Shown here: one piece after another, positions 19,014 through 29,363 of the stretch | How the letters are laid out: each line of letters starts with the position of its first letter | Position numbering within the stretch: the first letter of the stretch is position 1 | Source: an uncultured beta proteobacterium | Lineage (GTDB): Bacteria > Pseudomonadota > Gammaproteobacteria > Burkholderiales > Burkholderiaceae_C | Reading direction: 5' to 3' | NCBI GenBank assembly: GCA_963792765.1 | Contig: CAWBXT010000002.1 | Span: 66,833-130,832 of the forward strand | Length of the DNA: 64,000 nt | Program-made: the position numbers and the translations under genes | The notes under the pieces: model-generated | Told to the model about the DNA's origin: nothing | Seen by the model: only the letters and a program-made list of their open reading frames with translations | Database searches by the model: none

Positions 19014-20501
19014 TTACGCATCCGTCGCGCGCAGCATGTCCTTCGAATCCGGATAGAGACGCACGAAGAGGTCAATGCTTGCGGCGCGCAGCAAGGTCTG
19101 CAGTTCGGCTTGCACGTGGGCCTGCGCATCACTATCCGCGCGGCGCGCCCATACAGCCTGCAAGGACTTGCGCCGCGGCCCGAGTACGGCGCTGACCTGC
19201 TCCGGCCAGAAATCCGGATGTTCAGAGGCTGTCCAGTTGCCGCGCCCGCGTCCGAAGTGGGCAACGGCCAGGTAACCAAGCAGCGCGGACTGCACGAGGC
19301 CGTCGAGTACTTCGTCGGCCCAGGCGAGCGTCGGCTTGTCGACGCCGCGCACCATATTGAAACCGCGTGCCAGACCCGCCGCGCTCAGTGCGCCGATCAC
19401 GCCGCCGGCGAGCAGGCCACCGCCGAGCGTGAGCCCGCCAGTCGCGATGTCTGCCTTGAGACCTGCGAGCGCGCCGGTGACGAGTCCGCCGAGCACTGCG
19501 GCCTTGCCCTCGCTGACCGGCTCGCGCACGGCGAAGTGCTCGGCCAGGCGTGTCAACACGGTGTCGGTCGCATGACCGTCGAGACCGTGCAACTTGATGA
19601 GTTGATCGGTTGTCACCCGGATGTCGGCGTCGAGCCGCTCGGCAAGCGTCTGCATCGCCTGCTCGCGCGGCGTGAGCGCGCCGTCGCGGCGCAGCCCGAT
19701 CATTGCGCCGACCTGCTTGAGCTTGCCGGCCCAGCCCTCGTCGTGCACGCCTTCGCGGTCGAACGCGGCGCGTGTCAGGCGCATGGCGAGCACCTCCATC
19801 GACGCTCGCCAGACGCCGCGGTGCTGCGCGCGCCAGGCGCCCGCGAGGCGCTCGAAGGTCGCGCGGCGCGGCGCCGGCAGCACGTCGGCGAGGGCGTCGA
19901 GAAGCGTGCCCTCCTGCACCCAGCAACGCGCAAACGCATCCAGCGCAAGCACCGCGCGCACGCTCGGATGATCCGCGCAATGCGCCCACCAACGTTCGAT
20001 CTCGGCCGCATCCTCAGCCGGCGCGCGCGGTCGGCCGATCTGGTTCAGCAGGACGATCGTCGGCTTGTCGAGCAGGTCCAACACCTTGAGCTCGGGGTCG
20101 ACATACGCCGCGTCCTGTGGCGCCTCGGATGCGTTGACGAGGTAAAGCACCGCATCGGCCTCTTCCAGCACATTGCGAACCGCCACCTGGCTTGACCACA
20201 GTGCGCGGTCGCGCCAGCGGTCCCAGACCTCGTTCAGGAACCAGCCGATCGGGTTCGCGTTCCGCGCAAGGCGTGCGGCCAGGCGTTGACTGTTGCCGAA
20301 TCCTGGCGTGTCCCACAGTTCGAGCCGGTCACCTTCTGGCGTTTCGACCAGCGTGTAGCGCTCGGCGTCGAGTGTCACATGCGCTTCATCGCGCACTTCG
20401 CCGATGTCGCGCTGCAGCAGCGTTCGCGCAAGCGTCGTCTTGCCCACGTTGGTGTGTGAGACGAGGCTGAGCGCGACTGCGCGAGGGGTGGGCGTGCTCA
20501 T
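19014..20501 (-). CDS. P-loop GTPase with DUF3482-type C-terminal region containing a glycine-zipper membrane segment
   Basis: G1 SHTNVGKTT, G3 WDTPGFG, and a later GGLVTGALAGLKADIATGGLTLGGGLLAGGVIGALSAAGL segment. ATGA overlap with the upstream DUF2868 gene. Confidence 0.85.
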   Translation of the reverse strand: MSTPTPRAVALSLVSHTNVGKTTLARTLLQRDIGEVRDEAHVTLDAERYTLVETPEGDRLELWDTPGFGNSQRLAARLARNANPIGWFLNEVWDRWRDRALWSSQVAVRNVLEEADAVLYLVNASEAPQDAAYVDPELKVLDLLDKPTIVLLNQIGRPRAPAEDAAEIERWWAHCADHPSVRAVLALDAFARCWVQEGTLLDALADVLPAPRRATFERLAGAWRAQHRGVWRASMEVLAMRLTRAAFDREGVHDEGWAGKLKQVGAMIGLRRDGALTPREQAMQTLAERLDADIRVTTDQLIKLHGLDGHATDTVLTRLAEHFAVREPVSEGKAAVLGGLVTGALAGLKADIATGGLTLGGGLLAGGVIGALSAAGLARGFNMVRGVDKPTLAWADEVLDGLVQSALLGYLAVAHFGRGRGNWTASEHPDFWPEQVSAVLGPRRKSLQAVWARRADSDAQAHVQAELQTLLRAASIDLFVRLYPDSKDMLRATDA

Positions 20502-21943
20502 TTCTTGTCCGATGTGCGACCGAGGTCGACGAACTGCGGTTCGATGTCCACATCTTCCAGCACCCGGCGCCAGGCGTCGCGCCGCTGGGCAAGGCGCGCG
20601 TCACCATCGGTGCCGAAGCGGGAGCGAAAGTCGGCCTCGTCGATCATCACCTGCAGCGGCGCGACTTCGCCCGCGCGCGCAGCGAGCGCGCGCAGGAAGG
20701 CGCCGTGCGTCTCGCGCTCGGGCGTGGCCGTCAGCGAGAAGAGGGCGATGAGTGATTGCGCCTCGGCCGCCTCGGGCGGCAACAGGCTGTCGAGCTCGTC
20801 CTCGCCGCCGGACGGCAGGCTGTCGGCCACGTCGAGCGCCGCGCGCCCCCCGAGCTGCTGCTCGATCAGCGCCTGGAGCGCGGGCAGCCTTGCCTCAGGC
20901 AGCTGGTAGCTGTAGGGCAGCACGCAGACCGGAATGCCGTCGGTGGGGCGCGGCAGCAGCCGCCGGTAGTACGCGTCGGAGAGCGACAAGGGGAAACGTC
21001 GCGCCAGGCGACCTGCACGCGCGTACGCGATCGCGCCGAGGATTGCGCGCGGCAGCACGATCGCACCGAACACCGTCAGCGCTTGCAGGTGAATCCAGCG
21101 CGCGGCGTCGCCGCCGCTGCCGTGCGCGAAGCGCAGGCTCGCGATCTCGTCGGCGCCGGGAATTGCAATGCCGCTGGCGAATGCCGCCGGGCCGTACAGG
21201 GCAGCGGCCATCGCGTGCACGGCATCCGCATCGAGGAAGGTACTGTCCCAGCCGGCGCGAAACTCGAACACCATGCCGCGCAGGTAGAGCGATGCCAGTG
21301 CACCCAGCGCCAGCAGCGCCGCCCCCGCGTGCAGGAGCGCTACGACGCGCGCCATGTGCAACGCCTTGCCGCGGACCGCCCAGTCGGCCGCGAAACGCGC
21401 CAACGCGGGGGAACCGGTGCTCGCATCGCCTCGCCAGAGTCTGGCCAGTCGCTTCGGCACGCTGAAGCGGAAGCGGCTCTTTTGCCTTGGGGCGCGCCGG
21501 CCGAGGTCGACCAGCAGCCACACGTACACGCCCAGGTTCCACGCCAGCAGCGCGAGCAGCGGCGGTGAGAGGATCTCGATGCGGCCTTGCCCGCCGAGCG
21601 AGTCGAGCGCGATGCCGACCACGAAAGCGGCGACGAGCAGCAGCGCGCCGAGGCTCGAAGGCGCTTCGGTCGCCGCCAGTGCAGATGCGACAGCGGGTTC
21701 GCGCTCTGCGAGGCGGTGCGAGGCGAGTGCGGCGCGGGTCGCGATCAGCCGCTCCGGCGCAGCCTGCGAACCTTCGCGCAGCAAAGCCTCGCGGCTCGCC
21801 CAGTCGCGATCCGGCTCGGTCCACGGGGTCGCAAGCGGCGCCTCGAACGCCCGCACCAGCAGCGTCTGGCGGGCCTCGATCTCGGTCACGCTGGTGCCCG
21901 CCGGCGCAAGAGCGTCACATGCCGACGTAGTTCGGCCCGCCAC
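20498..21943 (-). CDS. DUF2868-type membrane protein
   Basis: 481 aa from GTG 21943, or 463 aa from GTG 21889, which would avoid the overlap with the upstream stop. Several TM helices lie in the first 300 aa, followed by an acidic soluble C-terminal domain. Family recognised from memory of its usual pairing with DUF3482 GTPases. Confidence 0.75.
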   Translation of the reverse strand: MAGRTTSACDALAPAGTSVTEIEARQTLLVRAFEAPLATPWTEPDRDWASREALLREGSQAAPERLIATRAALASHRLAEREPAVASALAATEAPSSLGALLLVAAFVVGIALDSLGGQGRIEILSPPLLALLAWNLGVYVWLLVDLGRRAPRQKSRFRFSVPKRLARLWRGDASTGSPALARFAADWAVRGKALHMARVVALLHAGAALLALGALASLYLRGMVFEFRAGWDSTFLDADAVHAMAAALYGPAAFASGIAIPGADEIASLRFAHGSGGDAARWIHLQALTVFGAIVLPRAILGAIAYARAGRLARRFPLSLSDAYYRRLLPRPTDGIPVCVLPYSYQLPEARLPALQALIEQQLGGRAALDVADSLPSGGEDELDSLLPPEAAEAQSLIALFSLTATPERETHGAFLRALAARAGEVAPLQVMIDEADFRSRFGTDGDARLAQRRDAWRRVLEDVDIEPQFVDLGRTSDKK

Positions 21944-23606
21944 CGCCCTCGGGCGCGACCCAGACGATGTTCTGCGTCGGATCCTTGATGTCGCAGGTCT
22001 TGCAGTGCACGCAGTTCTGGGCGTTGATCTGCAAGCGATCCACGCCGCCGGCGTCGTCGGTCTTCACGAACTCGTAGACGCCGGCCGGACAGTAGCGGCT
22101 CTCGGGCCCCGCGTAGATCGCGAGGTTGACGTCGACCGGCACGCGCGCGTCCTTCAGCGTCAGGTGCGGGGGCTGGTTCTCTTCGTGATTGGTGTTGCTG
22201 ATGAAGACCGACGACAGGCGGTCGAAGGTGATCTTGCCGTCCGGCTTCGGATAGGCGATCTGCGGGCACTCGGCCGCTGGCTTGAGGTAAAGGTGGTCGG
22301 CTTGCTTGCGGTGCAGCGTCCAGGGCGGTGCTTTCATGCCGAGCTTGGGCAGCAGCCATTGCTCGATGCCCGTCATCAGTGTCGCGACGGTGAAGCCCTT
22401 CTTGAACCACTGCTTGAAATTGCGCGCGCGGTCGAGCTCTTCGTGCAGCCAGCTCTTCTCGAACGCGATGGGGTAGGCGTCGAGTGCATCGTGCTGCCGG
22501 CCGGAAGCGATTGCGTCGAAGGCGGCGTCCGCGGCAAGCATGCCGGTCTTGATCGCCGCATGGCTGCCCTTGATGCGGCTCGCGTTCAGGAACCCGGCCT
22601 CGCAGCCGACCAGCGCGCCGCCCGGGAACACCGTCTTCGGGATGCTCAGGATGCCGCCCGCAGTCAGTGCGCGTGCGCCGTAGCCGATGCGCTTGCCGCC
22701 TTCGAAGGTCGGGCGGATCGCGGGGTGAAGCTTCCAACGCTGGAACTCCTCGAATGGGCTGAGCCAGGGGTTCGCGTAGTCGAGCCCGACGACGAAGCCG
22801 ACTGCGACCAGATTGCCCTGCATGTGATACAGGAACGAACCGCCGTAGGTCGAAGTGTCGAGCGGCCAGCCGGCGGTGTGGATGGCGAGGCCCGCCCGGT
22901 GCTTGGCCGGATCGACCTCCCACAACTCCTTGATGCCGATGCCGTAGCTCTGCGGGTCGCGCCCGTCGGCGAGCTTGAACTTCGCGATCAACTGCTTGCC
23001 GAGTTGCCCGCGCGAGCCTTCGGCAAAGATCGTGTACTTCGCATGCAACTCCATGCCGAGCTGAAAGTTCGGCCCCGGCTCGCCGTCCTTGCCGACACCG
23101 ACGTTGCCCGTCGCCACGCCTCTGACCGCGCCATCGTCGGTGTAGAGGACTTCGGCCGCAGCGAAGCCGGGAAAAATCTCGACGCCGAGCGCTTCCGCCT
23201 GCTCGCCGAGCCAGCGCACGACATTGCCGAGGCTGACGATGTAGTTGCCGTGATTGCGAAAGCACTCGGGCAGCAGAAACTCGGGCGTCGCCTTGCTGCC
23301 GCTTTCGGTCAGGAACAGGAACTTGTCATCGGTGACGGATTGCAGCAGTGGCGCTCCGCGCGCCTGCCAGTCCGCGAACAGTTCGGTCAGCGCGCGCGGA
23401 TCCATGATCGCGCCGGACAGAATGTGCGCACCGGGCTCCGAGCCTTTCTCGAGCACGACGACCGAGACCTCTTTGCCCTGTACCGCAGCGAGTTGCTTGA
23501 GACGGATCGCCGCCGCGAGGCCCGCCGGCCCCGCGCCGACGACGACGACGTCGTACTCCATCGCTTCACGCGGGCCGTGCTGGGCAATCATTTCGGCTGG
23601 GGTCAT
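21915..23606 (-). CDS. Electron-transfer flavoprotein:ubiquinone oxidoreductase (ETF-QO)
   Basis: MEYDVVVVGAGPAGL FAD motif and the C-terminal 4Fe-4S motif CVHCKTCDIKDPTQNIVWVAPEGGGGPNY. Start at ATG 23606. Confidence 0.95.
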   Translation of the reverse strand: MTPAEMIAQHGPREAMEYDVVVVGAGPAGLAAAIRLKQLAAVQGKEVSVVVLEKGSEPGAHILSGAIMDPRALTELFADWQARGAPLLQSVTDDKFLFLTESGSKATPEFLLPECFRNHGNYIVSLGNVVRWLGEQAEALGVEIFPGFAAAEVLYTDDGAVRGVATGNVGVGKDGEPGPNFQLGMELHAKYTIFAEGSRGQLGKQLIAKFKLADGRDPQSYGIGIKELWEVDPAKHRAGLAIHTAGWPLDTSTYGGSFLYHMQGNLVAVGFVVGLDYANPWLSPFEEFQRWKLHPAIRPTFEGGKRIGYGARALTAGGILSIPKTVFPGGALVGCEAGFLNASRIKGSHAAIKTGMLAADAAFDAIASGRQHDALDAYPIAFEKSWLHEELDRARNFKQWFKKGFTVATLMTGIEQWLLPKLGMKAPPWTLHRKQADHLYLKPAAECPQIAYPKPDGKITFDRLSSVFISNTNHEENQPPHLTLKDARVPVDVNLAIYAGPESRYCPAGVYEFVKTDDAGGVDRLQINAQNCVHCKTCDIKDPTQNIVWVAPEGGGGPNYVGM

Positions 23607-23728
23607 GGATCGGCTTCCTGTGAAATCGCGGTGCGGCCGCTGCGTCGAGTTTAGCGGCTGGGCCACCGCGGGTCGGGCGATCCGACTGCGTGATATCGTG
23701 GCTGCGAACCTCTGCTGGAGCCCTTGCC

Positions 23729-24511
23729 ATGAGCTATTCGATTGACCTTTCGGGCCGCGTCGCCCTCGTCACCGGTGCGTCGAGCGGCCTCGGTGCGCAG
23801 TTCGCGAAAACGCTGGCTGCGGCGGGTGCGGCGGTGGTGCTTGCCGGCCGGCGCGTGGACCGGTTGAAGACGCTGCACGCGGAGATCGAGGCTGCAGGCG
23901 GCGACGCTCATGTGGTGCGCCTGGACGTGACCGACCACGCGAGCATCAAGGCCGCTGTCGCGCATGCCGAGACGGAGGTCGGCACGCTCGACATCCTGGT
24001 CAACAACTCGGGCGTCGGCGCGACGCAGAAGCTTGTCGACGTCATGCCCGACGACTACGACTACGTGATGAACACCAACACCAAGGGCGCGTTCTTCGTC
24101 GCGCAGGAAGTCGGCAAGCGCATGATCGCGCGCGCCAGCGGTGCCGCGCCAGGCACCTTCACCGGCGGGCGCATCGTCAATATCGCGTCGATGGCGGGCT
24201 TGCGCGTCCTCGGGCAGATCGGCGTCTATTGCATGAGCAAGGCGGCTCTCGTCCACATGACGCGCGCGATGGCGCTCGAATGGGGGCGCTACGGCATCAA
24301 CGTGAACGCGATCTGCCCCGGCTACATCGACACCGAGATCAATCACCATCAGTGGGCGACCGAGCGCGGCCAGAAGCTGATCGCGTCCCTGCCGCGCCGG
24401 CGAGTCGGCCAGCCACAGGATCTCGACACCGTGCTGATGATGTTGTGCGCGAACGAAAGCCACTTCATCAATGGCGCGATCATCCAGGCCGATGACGGGT
24501 TTGCAGTTTAG
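23729..24511 (+). CDS. SDR-family oxidoreductase
   Basis: [16 protein letters not shown], and the YCMSKAA catalytic motif. Confidence 0.92.
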   Translation: MSYSIDLSGRVALVTGASSGLGAQFAKTLAAAGAAVVLAGRRVDRLKTLHAEIEAAGGDAHVVRLDVTDHASIKAAVAHAETEVGTLDILVNNSGVGATQKLVDVMPDDYDYVMNTNTKGAFFVAQEVGKRMIARASGAAPGTFTGGRIVNIASMAGLRVLGQIGVYCMSKAALVHMTRAMALEWGRYGINVNAICPGYIDTEINHHQWATERGQKLIASLPRRRVGQPQDLDTVLMMLCANESHFINGAIIQADDGFAV

Positions 24512-24513
24512 AG

Positions 24514-25173
24514 ATGACGACGGCTCTGCGCCCGCTGTCACCACTCGAAGCCCGCGTGCTCGGCGTGCTCGTCGAGAAGCAGCACACGGTGGCCGACAGC
24601 TACCCGCTGTCGCTCAACGCGCTGGTGCTCGGCTGCAACCAGAAGACGGCGCGCGACCCGGTGATCAACGCAACCGATGCCGAGGTGTTGGTCGCGATCG
24701 ACGACCTGAAGGCGCTTGCGCTGATCGTCGAGGTCAGTGGCAGCCGCGTCAGCCGCTACGAGCACAACCTCAAGCGCGTCCTCGGCGTGCCTGGCCAGTC
24801 TGAGGCGATTCTCACGCTCCTGATGCTGCGAGGCCCGCAGACCGCAGCCGAGTTGCGCGCGACGACCGAGCGCCTGCATCGCTTCGCCGACATCTCGTCG
24901 GTCGAGGGCTTTCTGGATGAACTCGCCGCGCGCGAGCCGCCGCTTGCGGTCAAGCTTCCGCGCGCGCCGGGGGCACGCGAACAGCGTTGGGCGCACCTGT
25001 TGTGCGGCGAGGTGGCAGCGCCGACGTCCGTGGCGACGGATTCGCACGACTTCGTCGCCGCCGGCGAGATGGCTGCGCTGAAGGCCGAACAGACGCGCCT
25101 TGCCGGCGAGGTTGCCGCGCTGCGCGCGATCGTCGCCCGCATTGCGGGCGAACTCGGCATCGACCCGGGTTGA
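24514..25173 (+). CDS. YceH-family (DUF480) protein
   Basis: [43 protein letters not shown]... with a coiled-coil tail. Confidence 0.88.
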   Translation: MTTALRPLSPLEARVLGVLVEKQHTVADSYPLSLNALVLGCNQKTARDPVINATDAEVLVAIDDLKALALIVEVSGSRVSRYEHNLKRVLGVPGQSEAILTLLMLRGPQTAAELRATTERLHRFADISSVEGFLDELAAREPPLAVKLPRAPGAREQRWAHLLCGEVAAPTSVATDSHDFVAAGEMAALKAEQTRLAGEVAALRAIVARIAGELGIDPG

Positions 25174-25175
25174 CG

Positions 25176-25712
25176 ATGGGCGGTGTGAGCATACACAGCG
25201 CCACGGTGGCAGACGCGCCAGCGATTGCGCGCATACATTGGGACAGTTGGGTCGCGACCTACGCAGGCGTCTTCCCGCAGCAGGTCTTCGACGAGTTCCC
25301 GCTCTCGCAGCGGGAGTCGCTCTGGGCGCGCGAGGCCGCACAACACACCGATCCGGCGCTGCGCCGCCAATTGCTGGTGGCAGACCTCGGCGATCGGCGT
25401 GTCGGCTTCGCGAGCGTCGGCCCCTACCGAATCCAGGAAGGAGATCCGTCGTCCGCGGCACTCGACGGTGAACTCTTCGCGATCTACCTTGACCCCGCGA
25501 TGCGACGCCAAGGTATCGGTCGCGCGTTGTGGAGCGCGAGCGCAGCGTGGCTGCGCGCAGCGGGCTTCGGTTCGCTGCGCCTGTGGTGCATCGCGGGCAA
25601 CGAAGCCGAGGCCTTCTATCGCGCGATGGGCGCGCAGCAAGTGGGAAGGAAAACCTTCGATGCCCACGGCGCGACGCTGCATGAAAACTGCTACCGTGCC
25701 GCGACGCATTGA
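25176..25712 (+). CDS. GNAT-family N-acetyltransferase
   Basis: IYLDPAMRRQGIGRALW acetyl-CoA binding motif. Confidence 0.88.
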   Translation: MGGVSIHSATVADAPAIARIHWDSWVATYAGVFPQQVFDEFPLSQRESLWAREAAQHTDPALRRQLLVADLGDRRVGFASVGPYRIQEGDPSSAALDGELFAIYLDPAMRRQGIGRALWSASAAWLRAAGFGSLRLWCIAGNEAEAFYRAMGAQQVGRKTFDAHGATLHENCYRAATH

Positions 25713-25718
25713 TTCGAG

Positions 25719-26153
25719 TTGCAGAAGACGCCCATGCGCATCGACATTCCCGACCAGAAGAAGCTCACCTATGAGATGGTGATCCCGATTCGCTGGGGCG
25801 ACATGGATGCAATGGCGCACGTCAACAACACGATCTACTTCCGCTACTTCGAGATCATCCGCATTGAATGGATGCACTCGCTCGGCAAGTCGCTGAAGCC
25901 GGAGGGCGAGGGCTTCGTGATCGTCAACGCGTTCTGCAACTTCATTCGCCAGCTCGAGTACCCCGGCGACATCCTCGCGCGGCACTACGTGGCGAACCCG
26001 GGGCGCTCGAGCTTCGACACCTTCATCACGCTCGAACGCACCGACGAGCCAGGCACGCCCTACGCGACCGGCGGCGCGACCACCGTCTGGCTCGACTTTC
26101 CGGCGAAGAAGACCCTGCCGCTGCCGCCCTGGCTGCGCAAGATCCTGGACTGA
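25719..26153 (+). CDS. Acyl-CoA thioesterase (4HBT / YbgC-like hotdog fold)
   Basis: [25 protein letters not shown]. The start may be ATG 25734. Confidence 0.85.
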   Translation: MQKTPMRIDIPDQKKLTYEMVIPIRWGDMDAMAHVNNTIYFRYFEIIRIEWMHSLGKSLKPEGEGFVIVNAFCNFIRQLEYPGDILARHYVANPGRSSFDTFITLERTDEPGTPYATGGATTVWLDFPAKKTLPLPPWLRKILD

Positions 26154-26157
26154 CGCC

Positions 26158-27288
26158 ATGACGGCGGTTGCGATTCAAAGCGATGCGCGCCGTGCCTGGG
26201 TGCGCGAGGCGATCCGCCGTATCGAGGCGGACTTCCAACGCTCGAGCGACACGCACCTGATTCCCGTGGCTTTGCCGGGCTTCCCCGGTGTTTCGCTGTA
26301 CCTGAAGGACGAGTCGAGCCACCCGACCGGCAGCCTGAAGCATCGCCTTGCGCGCAGCCTGTTCCTGCACGCGCTGTGCAACGGCTGGCTGGGCGAGGGC
26401 AGGGCGGTCATCGAGGCGTCGAGCGGATCGACCGCGATCAGCGAAGCCTACTTCGCGCGCCTGCTCGATCTGCCCTTCATTGCGGTGATGCCGCGCAGCA
26501 CCTCAGCGCAGAAGATCGCGGCGATCGAGTTTTACGGCGGACGCTGCCATCTTGTCGAAAGTGCCGGTGCGATCTATGCGGAGAGCGAACGCCTGGCGCG
26601 CGAGCGGGGTGGTCACTACATGGACCAGTTCACGCACGCCGAGCGGGCGACCGACTGGCGCGCCAACAACAACATCGCCGAGAGCATCTACACGCAGATG
26701 CGCCAGGAAACGCACGCGTGCCCGGCGTGGATCGTGGCCAGCGCCGGCACCGGCGGCACGCTGGCGACGATCGGCCGCTATGTGCACTACTGCCGGCACG
26801 AGACGCGTGTCTGCGGGGTGGATGCCGAACGCTCGGTGTTCTTCGACCACTATGTCGGCGGCGACGGGTCGCTTGCGATCGAGCAAGGTTCGCGCATCGA
26901 AGGCATCGGCCGGCCGCGGGTCGAGGCGTCATTCGTTCCGGGCGCGCTCGACGCGATGGTCAAGGTGCCCGATCTGTGGAGCCTGGCCGCGATGCACTCG
27001 CTCAGCGTGCGTCTGGGTCGACGCGTCGGCGGCTCGACCGGGACGAATCTGGTCGGCGCGCTCGCCTGTGCGCGCAGCATGGCCGCGCGCGGGCAGCATG
27101 GCTCGATCGTCACCCTGTTGTGCGACGGCGGCGAGCGCTACAAGCACACCTATTTCGACGATGCGTGGCTCGCGGCGCAGGGCCTGGAGTGCGGTCGCGA
27201 AAGCGATGCCATCGACGCCCTGATGGATCGTGGCGAGTGGCCGGAAGAACTGAGGCGAACCTGGCGGCTTGCCGGGGACCTGAACTGA
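26158..27288 (+). CDS. PLP-dependent cysteine-synthase-family (fold type II, beta-replacement) enzyme
   Basis: [18 protein letters not shown] (PLP lysine) and [16 protein letters not shown]. Confidence 0.88.
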   Translation: MTAVAIQSDARRAWVREAIRRIEADFQRSSDTHLIPVALPGFPGVSLYLKDESSHPTGSLKHRLARSLFLHALCNGWLGEGRAVIEASSGSTAISEAYFARLLDLPFIAVMPRSTSAQKIAAIEFYGGRCHLVESAGAIYAESERLARERGGHYMDQFTHAERATDWRANNNIAESIYTQMRQETHACPAWIVASAGTGGTLATIGRYVHYCRHETRVCGVDAERSVFFDHYVGGDGSLAIEQGSRIEGIGRPRVEASFVPGALDAMVKVPDLWSLAAMHSLSVRLGRRVGGSTGTNLVGALACARSMAARGQHGSIVTLLCDGGERYKHTYFDDAWLAAQGLECGRESDAIDALMDRGEWPEELRRTWRLAGDLN

Positions 27289-27309
27289 GCGCAGTGGATC
27301 CCGCCTCGC

Positions 27310-27876
27310 TCACGCCGAGAGAAGGCGCTTGACGAGGTCGGCCGTCGTTGCCGCGCCGTACTTGCGCATCAAGCGGCCGCGGTAGATGTCGACGGTGCGG
27401 GGGCTGATCGAGAGTCGGCGGCCGATCAGTTTGCTCGTCAAGCCGTCGATCAGCAGCGCCGCGATCTCCCGCTCGCGCGGCGTGAGTTCTACGCGCAGCT
27501 GGCGGCGCGATGACAGATCCTCGAAGCTCCAGATGCCTTCGGCGTGCGGATAGCGCGGGTCGAGCGCGCGGCCCGAGACACGGCACCAGAAGAGCTCGCC
27601 CGCGACAGTCTTCTTGGATGCGACGCTGCCGACACGTCGCATCACGCGCTCGTCGGCGTAGAAGCCATCGGCACCCAGGCTGGCGACGATGCGCTCTCCG
27701 GTGCGCTCGAACTCGCCGGGCGTTGGATAGAGCATCTCGAAACTTTGTCCGACGAGTGCTTCGCGTGTCGTCCCGAACATCTCGATCACGAGCCGATTGC
27801 AGTCGAGCATCAGCCGGTCGCGGGACGCCACCAGGCCGACTGGAGCGAGATCGAACGCACTGCGATAGTCGAGCAT
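27310..27876 (-). CDS. PAS-domain + LuxR-type HTH transcriptional regulator
   Basis: LTPREREIAALLIDGLTSKLIGRRLSISPRTVDIYRGRLMRKYG preceded by a PAS-like segment. Start at ATG 27876, because the track start 27957 would overlap scoA. Confidence 0.85.
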   Translation of the reverse strand: MLDYRSAFDLAPVGLVASRDRLMLDCNRLVIEMFGTTREALVGQSFEMLYPTPGEFERTGERIVASLGADGFYADERVMRRVGSVASKKTVAGELFWCRVSGRALDPRYPHAEGIWSFEDLSSRRQLRVELTPREREIAALLIDGLTSKLIGRRLSISPRTVDIYRGRLMRKYGAATTADLVKRLLSA

Positions 27877-27949
27877 AGTCAATTCTACGTAACGGCTACC
27901 TAAGGCATTACGTTGTACGCTCGCTCCCTCTGACTGCAGGAGATCGTCA

Positions 27950-28657
27950 ATGAACAAGGTTTACCCGAGCGCAGCCGCAGCCCTCGACGGCGTCGTGCGC
28001 GACGGCCAGTTGATGGCCGTCGGCGGCTTCGGCCTGTGCGGCATCCCCGAGGCCCTGATCGGCGCGCTGCGCGATTCAGGCGTCAAGAACCTGACCGTGA
28101 TCTCGAACAACGCCGGCGTCGACGGCTTCGGCCTCGGGCTGTTGCTCGAGACGCGCCAGATCAAGCGGATGATCTCGAGCTATGTCGGTGAGAACAAGGA
28201 GTTCGAGCGCCAGTACCTCGCCGGCGAGCTCGAACTCGAGTTCACGCCGCAAGGCACCCTCGCCGAAAAGCTGCGCGCTGGCGGCGCCGGCATCCCGGCG
28301 TTCTACACGCGCACCGGCGTCGGGACGTTGGTCGCCGAAGGCAAGGAGACGCGGGAGTTCGACGGCCAGACCTACGTGATGGAACATGCGTTGCTGCCCG
28401 ACGTGTCGCTCGTAAAGGCGTGGAAGGCCGACAAGAGCGGGAATCTGCTGTTCCGCCGCACCGCGCGCAACTTCAACCCCGCGGTGGCGATGGCCGGAAA
28501 GACGACGATCGTCGAGGTCGAGGAGATCGTCGAGACCGGTACGTTCGATCCGGACAGCGTCCACCTGGCCGGCATCTATGTGCACCGCATCGTGCTCAAC
28601 GCGCATCCCGAGAAGCGCATCGAGAAGCGCACACTGACTGAAAAGGCGGGAGTCTGA
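27950..28657 (+). CDS. scoA: 3-oxoacid CoA-transferase subunit A
   Basis: [34 protein letters not shown]...[10 protein letters not shown]. Confidence 0.95.
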   Translation: MNKVYPSAAAALDGVVRDGQLMAVGGFGLCGIPEALIGALRDSGVKNLTVISNNAGVDGFGLGLLLETRQIKRMISSYVGENKEFERQYLAGELELEFTPQGTLAEKLRAGGAGIPAFYTRTGVGTLVAEGKETREFDGQTYVMEHALLPDVSLVKAWKADKSGNLLFRRTARNFNPAVAMAGKTTIVEVEEIVETGTFDPDSVHLAGIYVHRIVLNAHPEKRIEKRTLTEKAGV

Positions 28658-28659
28658 TC

Positions 28660-29298
28660 ATGGCCTGGACACACGACCAAATGGCGGCGCGCGCCGCCAA
28701 GGAATTGCAGGACGGCTTCTACGTCAATCTCGGCATCGGGCTGCCGACGCTGGTCGCCAACTTCGTCGATCCGTCGATCGAGGTCTGGCTGCAGAGTGAG
28801 AACGGCATGCTCGGCATCGGCCCGTTCCCGACCGAGGACCAGGTCGACGCGGACCTGATCAATGCCGGCAAGCAGACGGTGACGACGATCCCGGGTTCGA
28901 GCATCTTCGGCAGCCACGACAGCTTCGCGATGATCCGCGGCGGCAAGATCAACCTGTCGATCCTCGGCGCGATGCAGGTCAGCGAGCATGGCGATCTGGC
29001 GAACTGGATGATCCCCGGCAAGATGGTCAAGGGCATGGGCGGTGCGATGGACCTGGTCGGGGGTGTGAAGAACGTCGTCGTGCTGATGGAGCACGTCGCC
29101 AAGAAGAAGGATGGCACGATCGACCTGAAGATCCTGCCTCACTGCACGCTGCCGCTGACCGGTGTCGGCGTCGTCGATCGGATCATCACCGACCTCGCGG
29201 TGCTGGACGTGACGCCGCATGGTCTGCGTGTCGTCGAGCTCGCGCCGGGCGTGACGCGCGAGGAATTGCAGAGCAAGACGGGCGTGCCACTGCATTGA
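28660..29298 (+). CDS. scoB: 3-oxoacid CoA-transferase subunit B
   Basis: [18 protein letters not shown]...SENGMLG...GAMDLV. Confidence 0.95.
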   Translation: MAWTHDQMAARAAKELQDGFYVNLGIGLPTLVANFVDPSIEVWLQSENGMLGIGPFPTEDQVDADLINAGKQTVTTIPGSSIFGSHDSFAMIRGGKINLSILGAMQVSEHGDLANWMIPGKMVKGMGGAMDLVGGVKNVVVLMEHVAKKKDGTIDLKILPHCTLPLTGVGVVDRIITDLAVLDVTPHGLRVVELAPGVTREELQSKTGVPLH

Positions 29299-29363
29299 CG
29301 GATGCGATGGACCGTGTGCTGCGGATGTGGCGGCCCAGCCTGCTGTCGCTGTAGAACGTCCCG

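Noticed and set aside
21354-23654. 766-aa plus-strand ORF.
   Set aside because: It is antisense to ETF-QO and the DUF2868 gene and has no motifs. This is a shadow ORF. The same reasoning applies to 32185..34182(+), 24756..26159(-), 16567..18027(-) and 48953..50611(-).
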